Shown here: positions 11,536 to 22,458 of the stretch, in pieces
Layout of the letters: each line of letters starts with the position of its first letter
Numbering within the stretch: position 1 is the stretch's first letter
Assembly: GCA_905178155.1 (NCBI GenBank)
Contig: CAJINV010000004.1
Coordinates: forward strand, 814,629-878,628
DNA: 64,000 bases
Origin: Amoebophrya sp. A120
Lineage: Eukaryota > Protista > Dinoflagellata
Reading direction: 5' to 3'
The notes under the pieces: generated by a model
Seen by the model: the letters and a program-made list of their open reading frames with translations, nothing else
What the model was told of the DNA's origin: nothing
Database searches by the model: none
Translations under genes and position numbers: made by a program

Positions 11536-13452
11536 CCGCGTTTCTTGAGTTTTGCGCTTCCTTGTGCGCTTGCTTCATTCTAACTACCTCCGTGGCCACG
11601 GCGATGCCTCTGGCAGGGTGCGTTCGCAAATGACCCGGCTCCCGGCACTCGGCGCAGCCGACTTGCCCCCCCGTCCGCCCGTTAGGCCACTGAGGCTTTT
11701 TGATGCCGCGTTGGGTCAGTAGCCCCGGCGGAAGCTAGGGCCCATGGAATGTAGTCACTTTGCGTTTTCTTTGGGTCGGCTGTTTGCTTCATCCTTTCAA
11801 GCAACCGACCGCATGTGGACCAGGGACGGAGCGCATGAAAGTCTCCCGGGCTCCGTCCTCGAGGACTTCCATGCACTACATATCTACGGACGCTGCAAAA
11901 TCTACAAGCCTTTGAGTCAGCTCGTCTATGTTTCTATGGTCCCTCAATTATGAAGAAGTTGCCGCGCCGTTGTGCCAACACGGCGGCGCGAGTGCAACAT
12001 ATTTTTTCTTAGTCTCCGGACCACCCGTCGCCGTCATCGAAAAGATCAGTCGTCATAGATCTGTAGACAAGTCAGCAACGAAACAGCTATGCAGAGCTGC
12101 TGCTTTTCAGTTCGTTACAAAGCTAGCTACTTTAAGTAGTAGCTATCCTTTCGGCTGATTACGGACGCATGCGAAATGTACCTACCAAAATTTGCCATGC
12201 ACAAGGCGCAGTCCGGAGGCCCAGAAAATGAAAAGTTTTCAAATCACATCAAAAAATAATTGTTTTACCGCACCATATCTTTGTCCGCCTCTGCCGCCAT
12301 CTGTCGGGAGAGCTGCAGCGAAAGGATCAGGGTCTCGAAGAAGACTGGAGCTAGTAAGCTGAGGAGCTCAATTTCATCAAAGAGGCAAAAACCCCCGCCC
12401 AATCTTTTTTATATTTAAAGGAAGTCTCTGTCTCTATGTATAAGCGTGGCGGCCGTTTGTGTTTGAAGAGATGCGGACCCAATTATGCTGCTGGTGTAGT
12501 AGCAAAAGCAAGTCGCCCCGTGATCAGTATGACAGGAAGCAAATACTGCATGATTGCCCCATGGGATTACAATTACTAGCGACATGGCCAATGAAGATTC
12601 GCCTGTAAACGACTTGGCAGCGCGTGCATGTCTTTGCCTTTCTACTCTGAGAAGCACAGGCGCAAGGAAAATTCAACTTTCTCTTCCAAAGCCTCTGTCT
12701 TCCGGCTCTGAAGGTCTTCAGAAGACTCGAACTTTGCCTAAATTTCTTTTCGCATTCAGGATGGAAGGATCTAAGGAAAAAAACGAACAAAAAACACTCT
12801 TTAGAAGACCAAAAAGCTTTTCGATTTTGGTTTTCCGAAAACTCGGCTCCTCTGAAGGCGATAATACGAACTTTCAACCTTCAGAAGAACGCGAAACTCG
12901 CGCAAGAAACTCAAAAGGATCTATTTCTGTTAGTTCTTCTTTTCCTTTTTTCTCGACAGTCCTTGTCCTCTTTTTATTTTTGTCGTCGAATATCAAAGAA
13001 AAAGAGAAAGCAGCACAGCTCTGAAGTTGTTGCGGGGCTTTTTTTTTCTTCAGAGTGTGGGTTTTTTCTTCTTCTGTCTGAGTTTGGGCTTTTTTTTTAG
13101 CAGAAGATAGCTCTTCAGTAAGCTGCTCTTCAGATATTAGCCGTGGCTCAATTCTTGTTCTAGTTCTGTTGAAGAGCAAGAGTAGGCGTTTTCTTCTAAT
13201 CCACCAAAGCTTGCAGACGAAGGCGCTGCTTCAACAAGAACAGAAGAGTCTGCTATAGCAAAACAGCATCCCAGAGCGGTTTGTGTAGGCGCTGGCATAA
13301 ATTTTGCGAAGTGTCTCGACGCGTACTTAATTTCAGGGGAAGCGCAATTCCGCCAGGACCCACCTGGAACAGGCGGCGACGGTGACGCAATTTCGCTGAG
13401 TGCTCTTTTTTCTCGAAGTGACGCCGCCCGTGGTTCCACCATGCGCGAACTT

Positions 13453-16400
13453 TCATGGGCGTTTCGCTTTTCCGAAAGCTCCGATCCCGAACCAGACATT
13501 CGCGAAAAAGAAACTTCTTCTAAAGGGGTAAAATTTGCGCTTGCGCTTGCGGGCGCAATACCTAGAGAGGTATCGGCCGGGAGCCGGGCCTCGGTTGCGG
13601 AATGCCGACCGCGCCCCCGGCACTGAGTCGCCGCATGATGTAACTATGTGTCCACCACACAAAACTGCAAGAAGAAGTGTTAAATGTAAATCAATGACAA
13701 TGTCCTTGCTCCTCAGCGGTGCTGGTGCATGCCGCAAGGATTGGCTCATCTTACGTACACACACCACTACGTCGCAAGATATGAAATCAGTGTGGGGAGG
13801 GATTTTTTTTTCCGCGCAATAAATTTTCTTCGTTAACAACTGCGACTTGTTCGCGTCGTTTCCAGTCATTGATGTCAAAGCCGCTGTTAGGACGTTGGAG
13901 GGCGGCCCGCCCTGGCCATCTTGTACAACTAGTTGCTCTGCAAGGTAGTTGAGCCATTGCTGCACTTCCGGCAATTTTTGCTCGACCAACCTGTCAAGTA
14001 GCTTGCGACCGCGTTTGCGAACTTCTTCCGCTTGTTTCGCGTCCTCCGCCTTCTGATTTGATGAAAATCCGCTGAAGATCCGCTTGCCGATCCGACCGAC
14101 TGGTCCGAACAAAGTTGCGAGTGCTGCCTTTGGCCCACCTGCACTCGACTGCGCTTCTTGCAGAAAAGAAACAGGTCGTATCTGATGTCCTCCAGGATCT
14201 GGTGATGAAACAGGAGCGAGAGCAGGCACTAGGGACCCGGTAGAAGTTTCTTTCTGTTCTTGATGCTGACTCCCGATTACGTCTCCTGGCGGCGCGAGCG
14301 ACTCTTCTTTATTAATCCCAGAAGGTGGGGTGGAGCTTGAGGAACTCGCGACAGCGTTTGGCGCCGCGTTCGCCTTGTCCTCACCGGCTGTCGGCAACTC
14401 CAGATGGTTGCTCGGCGAAGATTCTTCACCTTGCTCTCGCTCGTCGCCCTGAAGCGCTTCCTTGATCTCTTCAAATACTTTCTTAGCTATATCTTCCGTG
14501 ACTTCGACGCCGTTTTTGAAAAAGGTTGCACGCGGCGTGTCCTGCGTGGTCGCACGGGATGGAAACTTCGCAGCTTTGTATGAAAAGTTCTGAATGGTGC
14601 GCTCATTGACTTTAGTTTCCGTGATCTTCGTTGGGAGTAGCTTTTTGACTAGTTGTTCGATTCGTTTTTCATTTTCTATTTCTGTACCTTTCCCGCCCAT
14701 CTCCATCTTCTTGCGTAGACCTTCCTTCTCTTCTTCGAGCTCTCCAGCGATGTAGTCCATCAGCTCTTCAGCGTCCTCCGGGGGTTGCAAGGCGTCCAGA
14801 AGGAAAGACGCGGCCACGTCCAGAATGAAATTCGCAAGCTCCTCGCGGAGCTCTTTGCGCTTCCCCTCAGGATCCGACTTGCTATCGAGCACAAACTGGA
14901 CGAAAGTCCTGTCCTGGTTTGGGCGACTTGTCTCTACAGCCACCTTCTCCAGTTTTGACCACTGCTCGTATGCTGCCTTCAGCTGTTCAAAGCTTGTGAT
15001 AACGCCGTTTACATTTTTTATGGCCAGCTGCTTCTGTTCTGGCAGCCCCGGCTCCTCGGGCGGTACTACGCCTCCTTTTTCTTTACTTTCGAATTTGATC
15101 CTGCTCTTGCTCTTGCTCTTGCTGGAAGGTCCTTTATCTTCCATAGATGTCCGTAGTCCCAGTATTTTGTCTAGATCACCTTGTGTTTTCCTCATCTCGG
15201 CTCCGTGTGCTTCTTGTTGTGGCATCGCCCCCCCGCTCCTTCTCCCGGTCTCTACAGCACTTCCGGGAGGGTTCGTGCTTTCGCTTGCCAATGCCGTTGC
15301 ACTTTCTGCAGTTTCCGGCGCTTGTGCTTGCTGCTGCGGCCCGGCGTTCTCAGCACCACGAGCGGTTGACGTAGGCGGCGTGGTGCGAATATGTGATTGG
15401 TCAGACGCGCTGGTCTTCGCTGCACTTCCTGTTGCTTCGGCCTCCTCGTCATTGCCCTCCCTTCCATCAGTAGAGCTAGGCACAAGAGCACTACTAGCAG
15501 ATGATGATGCCGAGGTTCTTGATGCTGAAGAGAAAGTTGAACTTGAACCGGTCTCGGCGGATGAAGCAGCAGGAGCCGCCGCCGCCGTGCTGCTGGAAGA
15601 CATGGCTGCAGGTGCAGGTGCTGTCCTGGACGCGCTTCCACTTTTTCCAGAGCCGTTCCCATTGTCGTCGTTCGAGATCACTTTTTCCTCGCGGTAGTTC
15701 CGGGCGGTGTGAGCAACACCTCCAGGCGGAGGGACAGCAGGATCCTCCTGCTGGTCTTGAGTCATCTGGCTGTTCTTGTCGTCGTCAGTATGCTGTTCCC
15801 CCACTGCTGTCCTCGCCGCTGTCGGAACTGGTGCTCGTCCACTGTGGCCGGTGACCAGCATCTCGCGCTCAAGATCACCATGCACTTCTTGGTCCTCGTG
15901 CTCGTCCGGGTCCGGGATGTTGCTGGGCGATGGTGAATTCGAAGCACCATCAGCGTGATGAACATGATCATCTTCATCATCGACAGGTAGAGCAGGTGGC
16001 GGATCTTGTTTGTCGATGATCCCCCCGGTGTCTTCTATTTGCAAGGAGTCCCGCCGTAACTCGGCCACTAAACCTGCGATGATGATGAAGATGATGTAGA
16101 TGTTATTTCCAAATCATCTGTTCATTGAACAAATTCGTGATGCAAAAGTTGACGAGCATCCAACATAGATGAAGCCCTACTGTTCCATCCAACACCACGG
16201 TACGTCTGCGTGCCATCAAGGCCATCAGGCTAAATATAAGCAGCAGAAGCTGTAGTTCTAGTTTAGAATTAGTACCAAATGCGTCCATCTCGTCTTCCGC
16301 GTCCAATGCAGCACTTCTTTTCGGTCCGGCCTCCTGCTGTCGCGGAGTACTATCCGACGTTGATTGAGCAGTCGACGCCGACTCTGGCGTCGCCCGGCCC

Positions 16401-19400
16401 CCGGCCGCTCCTGCTCCTGCTGTTTCGTCATCATCACCATTTCCGTGCGAGGCTTCACTTTCGACATCCAGTGGCTTTTTGTTACTTCGTTCCAAAGTTG
16501 AAGAAGTGGCAAACGCGTCGTTTAAATTCCCCTCCGGCCGTGCCGGAAGATCAACGCGCTCCACAACTGGTCCAGGCGGCTCGATGGCCGTTGGGCCGCG
16601 GTGCACTATCGCGGGCGTGGGGGGTTTTTCGTTGCCTTGAAGGCCCTCGTCGTGCTGATGATGATCACTTTCTTCGTGTCCAGCATGCTGACCAAGACCA
16701 TTTTGATCATGTGCAGCTGCTGCGACAACATCGTCCGCTACCACAGCTGCCAGCTCCTGCGCTTCTGGTTGTTGTTGATGCACGCCTGTCGATTGTTCGG
16801 CATCAGCCGGCGCAGCTGAGGGTTTTGAGGTCGAACTCGAACTCGCTACTGCTTTCGCCGGCGTGGTCCGATCCACAGCACTGGTCGGTGACGTACTACT
16901 CGTACTGCTGAAATCTGGCGCGGCAGCGGCACCTTCGGAGGATGCGGCGGAGGATTCATCGGACAGGAGTTGCAACTCGCCAACAGCGCCGAATAAGGTG
17001 TCCTGTCTCTGTTTTTCATCATCCGAAAAATGAGTTGCAGGTCGCTTTCCCACAGGACCGCGCTCTTGCCCCGCCGCATTCATTTTTTTCCTGTTCTCGG
17101 TTGCTCCATCGGTCTTTCCACCATCTCCACCAGCTTTCGCCACCGGTTTGTTCGCAGTAGAAGGCGGGCTTGTACCCGTCGTTTTTGTAGTACCTCCCCC
17201 GCCCCCGCCCGGGACTTGAGCTTGTGACGTGGAGGCAATTTTCTTTCCAGCCGGTGCTGGGTGAGCAGCACTAGCATCCGCATCCTTCTGGCGCGGCACG
17301 GTCAGCGTTTGGCCAGCTGCTGGTCCTACTTGATCATCGCTTACGCCCGCCTCCTGGTGCAGCGACAAGTGGTCTTCTGTGTTTGCAGCGACCCCTCGTC
17401 GTCCGCCGTCGGCAAAAAGAGCAGTAGTATGGCCAGATGGGGGTGCAGGTGTAGCTGTAGGTGCGGCAGGAGATGAACTTGAAGACCCTCCCGACAGTTC
17501 TTCTGTAGTCCTTGCGATAGCTGCGCCGGATCTGTCATCTTGCTTGTCTTCGACACTACTCAAAAACGAGGTTTGTTCCTCGTCATTTTTCTTCACGGCA
17601 GCATCTTCTGGTGCACCAGGGCCGAAAGCTTCATCGGTGGCAGTCGAAGTTCTTTGCGGTGAAGATGTTTCGTATCCTCGCGGGATATTCTCGGCTCCCG
17701 ATGCAGCTCCTCGTCCCGCGCTGACTTCATCTTCAGTCGTCGAGGTCGGCGAGCGCAGCATGCTTTTCTGGCCACTGTAAGCACTGTCATCTGCGCTACC
17801 AGCAGAAATTCCGTCGGTCGAATCCACGGCTGGAGCATCACCATTAGACAAGCTCCTTTCCGATTCCAGGGCCAAAGCCGACGTGCTCTTCGAAACATCT
17901 CGTCCAGCACCAGCTCCAGGTGGGTCGTTTTTACTACTTTCTATGGTACTCGAAGATGATGAAGCGGGTCGCTCTACTGCACTGATCCCACCTCCATGAC
18001 CACCTTCGTCCCAGCCGAACAGGGAAGCGAGCACTGAGGTGGTTACTGTAACCAGAGTTCTCGCGACGCTATCCTGGGGAGCCCCCGCGGCAAGCGCGCC
18101 GGGAGTCGAGCTTGTTTGCGCAAGGGAGCCTGCTTCTGCTGAAGTGCCGCGATTGCTGTCGCCCGACGATGAAGACGAAGAACCCAGCGAAGATGGCGGC
18201 CCCGGGTTCGACGTCTCCACCAAGGCGACTGTACGTCGGGGCTCGCGCCGCAACATTCTCTGCCGCGCGTCAACCAGCAGCATGCTGCACAACAGGACCA
18301 AGAAAAGCTTCATCACATTTTTGCTAGCTGGGGAAAATAAACCCGCCCAAGAGGTAGAAGAAGCAGGCATGACGCTCAACATCTCCCCGGTGCCGCGTGC
18401 CGCATTTTTCTTGCCGAGCGTGCTGGTCCCGGCCACGACTTCCGTAGCGGGTCCCCGGGAGATGGCCGGATGTTGATCTCCAAGCACATGTCTTACTGAG
18501 CGCTCTTCATCATCTTCGTGAGTGCTATGAGTGCTGCGTTTACTGTTCTTCTTTTTGTTTCTCTTCCGGTTTTTGTAGCTCAGCCCCTTCTGGTTTGTCG
18601 TTGTTGTTCTTTCTCCCCGCTGCATAACCTCGTCCTTCCCTTCGACAGATGAAGCAGCACTAGGTAGATGAGCCGTGCTGGTGGTAAGAGACGGCGCGCC
18701 AGCAGGTGGACGTAGCCCAGAAGTAGTTGCTGGTGGACTGTTCGGTCGCAGTACTGACGACAGTACAGTACTAGCCACTTCTGTAGAGCGATTGGACCCG
18801 CCACCGCTTTGGGTGGACGTGGAGGTCCCAGTCGCACAACTTGTGGTGATCTTGTGTCGCAGAACCTCCTCTGAACAAGTTGTAGACGCGCAGTCTTCGC
18901 TTCTGGTAAAAAAGTTGCTAGCACGCGAGCAACTGGATGCGATGGTGCGAGTCACGAACTCGGGACAAAAGCTCCTGGAGCAGCTCTTCATCGAAAAGCG
19001 CGCGGCTCTTGTCAATGCAGCTGTCATAATGTTGGATGAAAGTTGTCGCTCAGTAGAAGCCTGCAGTCGTCCCTCATCTACTTCACGTTGCGTGGTGGCG
19101 GAGGTGCTGCTCGACGCATCCTTGACACTACGCTGTTGCTCTGGTGGGGGCGTGACGTCCTGCGTAGAGCAACGGGCTGTTGTAGTCGTTGGAGCTCCAG
19201 CGGTGGAGGACAAGCTAGATTTATTCTTGGCGTCATCTTTTATTTACAGCTTGGACGCCCATGAGATATAGGGGCGGTGAATTTCAAGTGATTTTAGAGG
19301 TGGCGTAGAATCGCGGGGCCGGTCTTTCGGGTGGTTATGGTTCACGGGGCAAGGGCTAGCACAAATAGAGGTGATGGCGACACGGGGCTCGTCACCACGG

Positions 19401-21333
19401 CTCCCTCACATTGATTGCAATCCCCGTCCCGGCAACGCCCAACCGACCACATTTTTCCGCGTCTTTTTTCGCGAGGCAAGTCTTTTGGTGGTTTCATGAC
19501 TTTCTCCCTGCTTTCTCCACAGTTCAACTTCAACGTTTTAATTTTGGACAACAAAATCGCAAAAAAACGGCACTGCCATCGGGAAAAGCTTTCATTTAAA
19601 CATCATTCCCCATGGTATGATGAGGATGCATCTTTTGCTAAAAATCACCGATGTGGAGTGCCGTGCTGTTTCGCCCCAAAAACCAGCTTTAAAGTACCCC
19701 CTTTACCGATGGTATGCTGCGATCGGTGAATTTGGCGGTGAATTTAGAAATTGGTGGGCGGTGAATTTAGGAAATTTTTGCAATTTCCTAAATTCACCCC
19801 GACCTGATTCTGGATTCCAGACCATCACCAAATCAACACTCATTTTGCATTCATTTCTAAATTCACCGGAGTCGGAAAACCACACTCAAAACGATCGCCG
19901 CGCATTTGCTTCAGAAAATGCGAAACATTTGGCGCATGCACGCACAAATACAAAACCAACAAAATGCAAGCAGCACGCCACAAGGGCAGGCGAGGCATTG
20001 AATTGCTATGACTTCTTGCCGCAGCAGAAGGCGTGTGACAGATCAGGCGCCCGAGCCCGACAAGCCATCCGAAGCACTCAGAAAACAAAAATAACTGCGC
20101 GAAGCTATTTCGCAACCCATCATCCTAGGGGTGGGGCGCTGACAATGCAACTACACACTGAGGCGCCCCATCCCGGCCTTTTCTTTGCTGGAAAAATTCC
20201 GCCACCACCGGAAGCCTTTTGGAACTTACGTCGCTACGACTATTCCATCGGGTGGATGTCGATAATTCCGGGAGAAAATATTCGCAGCGCCACCTATCAA
20301 ATTCTTGCAGACCCCTAAAATCACGCGAAATTCACCACAGAGAAATCTAATGGCCATCCAAGCTGTAATCTTTTATTGGATTAGTCCCTCTACTTTCTTC
20401 AGATGACTTTGCTTTCTCGTCCGGTAGGACACTTTTTATCGTTCCTGTCCCTGCTGTCTGCGTCCGCTCCGTCGAGAATGCGGATTGCAGTCTGGTGCTG
20501 GTTGAGCTCCTCCTCCTCGTCGATACTGATGATTCCCCTTGTTCTTCCGCTTTCGCTTCATCTACTGCGATTTGCACTACCGGGAACTCGACCACGTCAC
20601 AGCTTTTTCTTCGTTGGTGATCCGCCGAGCTCGAAGGTTGTTGCACTGCGACAGCGTCTGCGTCTAATGAAGAAGAAGGTGTGCATACAATGCCCCCGCT
20701 GCCCATATTGCTACTTCTACTGATGCTCATCCCCCTCGGCCCTTTATTTCCCTTTTTACCTTGTTTATCTTTATGCTTTCTACTACTGCGCGCGCCGGAC
20801 TGCTTCTTGTCGTCGTGCCTTGACGCTCCCAGCACCGGCGGCTTCACTTTATTTCCCTCATGTGGCGCTGGCGGGGGACAAGCTCGCTGTGTTTCATCCT
20901 TCTTCACCTCAACCAAATGCTCCACAAGTGCGTCCTCAAACGCATGATCTTCTTCTTCGCCTTTCCCATACTCACACCCGCCACGTCGCGCTTGATTTTT
21001 CCGGCGTGCCGACGTGTGAAGTAGATGACCTGTGGATCCTGATCCAGCACGAAGAAGATTATTTCTGTGGTCACCTCGTCCAATACCTCCGCTGTTCCTT
21101 TTACCACAGCAAAGTCGCGCAATTGCTGTCCGCGCGTGAACGAGCAGGCTGCTGACGAGCTCGCGCAGCGACTCCAGCAGACTCGCAAACAGCCAGAAGA
21201 AAACTTCATAGAGTCGGGCAAGTACCCTTTTCGCAAAGTGGAGACTCGCAACTGAGTTTCGCTCCTGTGTTCGGCCGCGCGCGCCTAGGGATTCGCGTGC
21301 TCGTGCTTCGCTCTTGTTGTAGTTGCGCACCAT
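13453..21333 (-). CDS. Giant low-complexity hypothetical protein (~2,070 aa) with hydrophobic/signal-like segments
   Basis: Exons 21333-20368, 19234-16276, 16073-13822, 13491-13453 total 6216 nt and stay in frame. Joins: TNPIKD|DAKNKSSLSSTAG (1.1-kb TIR element removed) and DAFG|LVAELRR (GT-AG intron 16074-16275). The frame is open upstream to an acceptor at 21432, so the true start may be further 5'. The last intron is uncertain. Confidence 0.6.
13497..13821. mobile_element. Degenerate family D-like introner
   Basis: Right end reads tattgcgcggaaaaaaaaatccctccccac on the minus strand; left end cattcgcgaaaaagaaacttcttc. TSD not conserved. Element plus 5 nt is 330 nt and keeps the frame, but the ORF also reads through it. 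Confidence 0.4.
19245..20367. mobile_element. 1.12-kb non-autonomous TIR element with 8-10-bp TSD, inserted in coding sequence
   Basis: Imperfect TIR of about 65 bp (tacagcttggacgcccatgaga...ggtgaatttcaagtgattttag versus reverse complement tacagcttggatggccattaga...ggtgaatttcgcgtgattttag). Direct repeat atcttttatt at 19235-19244 and 20368-20377. Internal 17-bp-arm palindrome at 19760-19798. Confidence 0.85.
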
Positions 21334-21954
21334 GATCTTCTTGAACTTGATGAAGAGCGCCGCGAAAAAGAAGCAAGTGCCTTGTTGAGCTGTGCCGGTT
21401 TCCAGGTGGTAGCGACTTCTAACACGATAGTCCTGCGAAGGAAAGGCTGTGTCACTCAGCGCCGGTCCGAGCAGGCAGGGGCAGAAATACTACATTGCAA
21501 AAAAATATTCATGACAAGCTAGTCGATTTCGTGACGGGCTAGTTTAATTTGCCAACCCCATAGCGTCACCGTCGTTGAGAAACAAGGAAAGGTTCATTTT
21601 ATCATCCGCCCTGCCCTACCATCTGACGAGTAGTTGTAGTCCATATCCATTATCGTGGTGCTTTGACCACAATAAATGGCTTCGCTGTTGTAGGGTCATC
21701 TTTCTTACTAGTTCGGGCCATGAAAGACAAAGAGATGACCGCGTGTGAGCGGTCCGGGTCTTCTTACATATTGACGCTTGTTACTCATGGATGTACTAAC
21801 TACTGGTTGGTGTGGTCTGTTTTTAGTTTGTTTACGTGTGGTAACACCGACATCGCCGGTAGGAGATTCATAGAGTGTCTGATTTTGATGTTCTACCTCC
21901 CAACTCGGGAACGAACGACTTTGACTTCATTTCGTAGAGCGAACCATTGACGTG

Positions 21955-22236
21955 CTTCATCGTGACTGCAACTGCAAAGAAAAACCCTGCAAAGCAAGAA
22001 AACCCAACTCATCCGAGAGAAAGTCCTGCTGCGCAGCACGTGTCTCTCTCTCTCTCTCCATCTCTGGCGCTGCTACGGCACTGAAGAAAACATCCTTCAG
22101 TTTCTTCATCGTGACTGCCGCTGCAGAGAAAAACCCTGCAAAGCAAAACCAAACTCATCCTAGAGAAAATCCTGCTGCGCACGTTTCTCTCTTTCTCATT
22201 ATCTCTTGCGCTACAACAGCACTGAGTGAAAAACAA
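21955..22236. repeat. Diverged tandem duplication, period about 150 bp
   Basis: cttcatcgtgactgc...gaaaaaccctgcaaagca...aactcatcc...cctgctgcgca occurs at 21955 and 22104. Confidence 0.8.
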
Positions 22237-22458
22237 CAAGCCGCCGGTCGAACAATGCTGCAACTGGACCTGCAGAGAAGATGAGCACCACACTAATTCT
22301 AATTTACGCCTTTCTCCCTTTACCTCTTCGATTTGAAGTCGCAATGAGTGTACCACATCAGAGAAATCTTTTTGGTTTGAAGTCGCACACTAATACGCCT
22401 TTTTGGTTTCCCAGAGAGAAGGCGCAATAGGTTTGCGTTCTTTTCGGTTTTTCGTCGT

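Noticed and set aside
11160-11633. PT/ST-repeat mucin-like ORF
   Set aside because: Derived from a 12-bp repeat in a GC-rich repeat block and on the strand opposite to all supported genes. No independent support.
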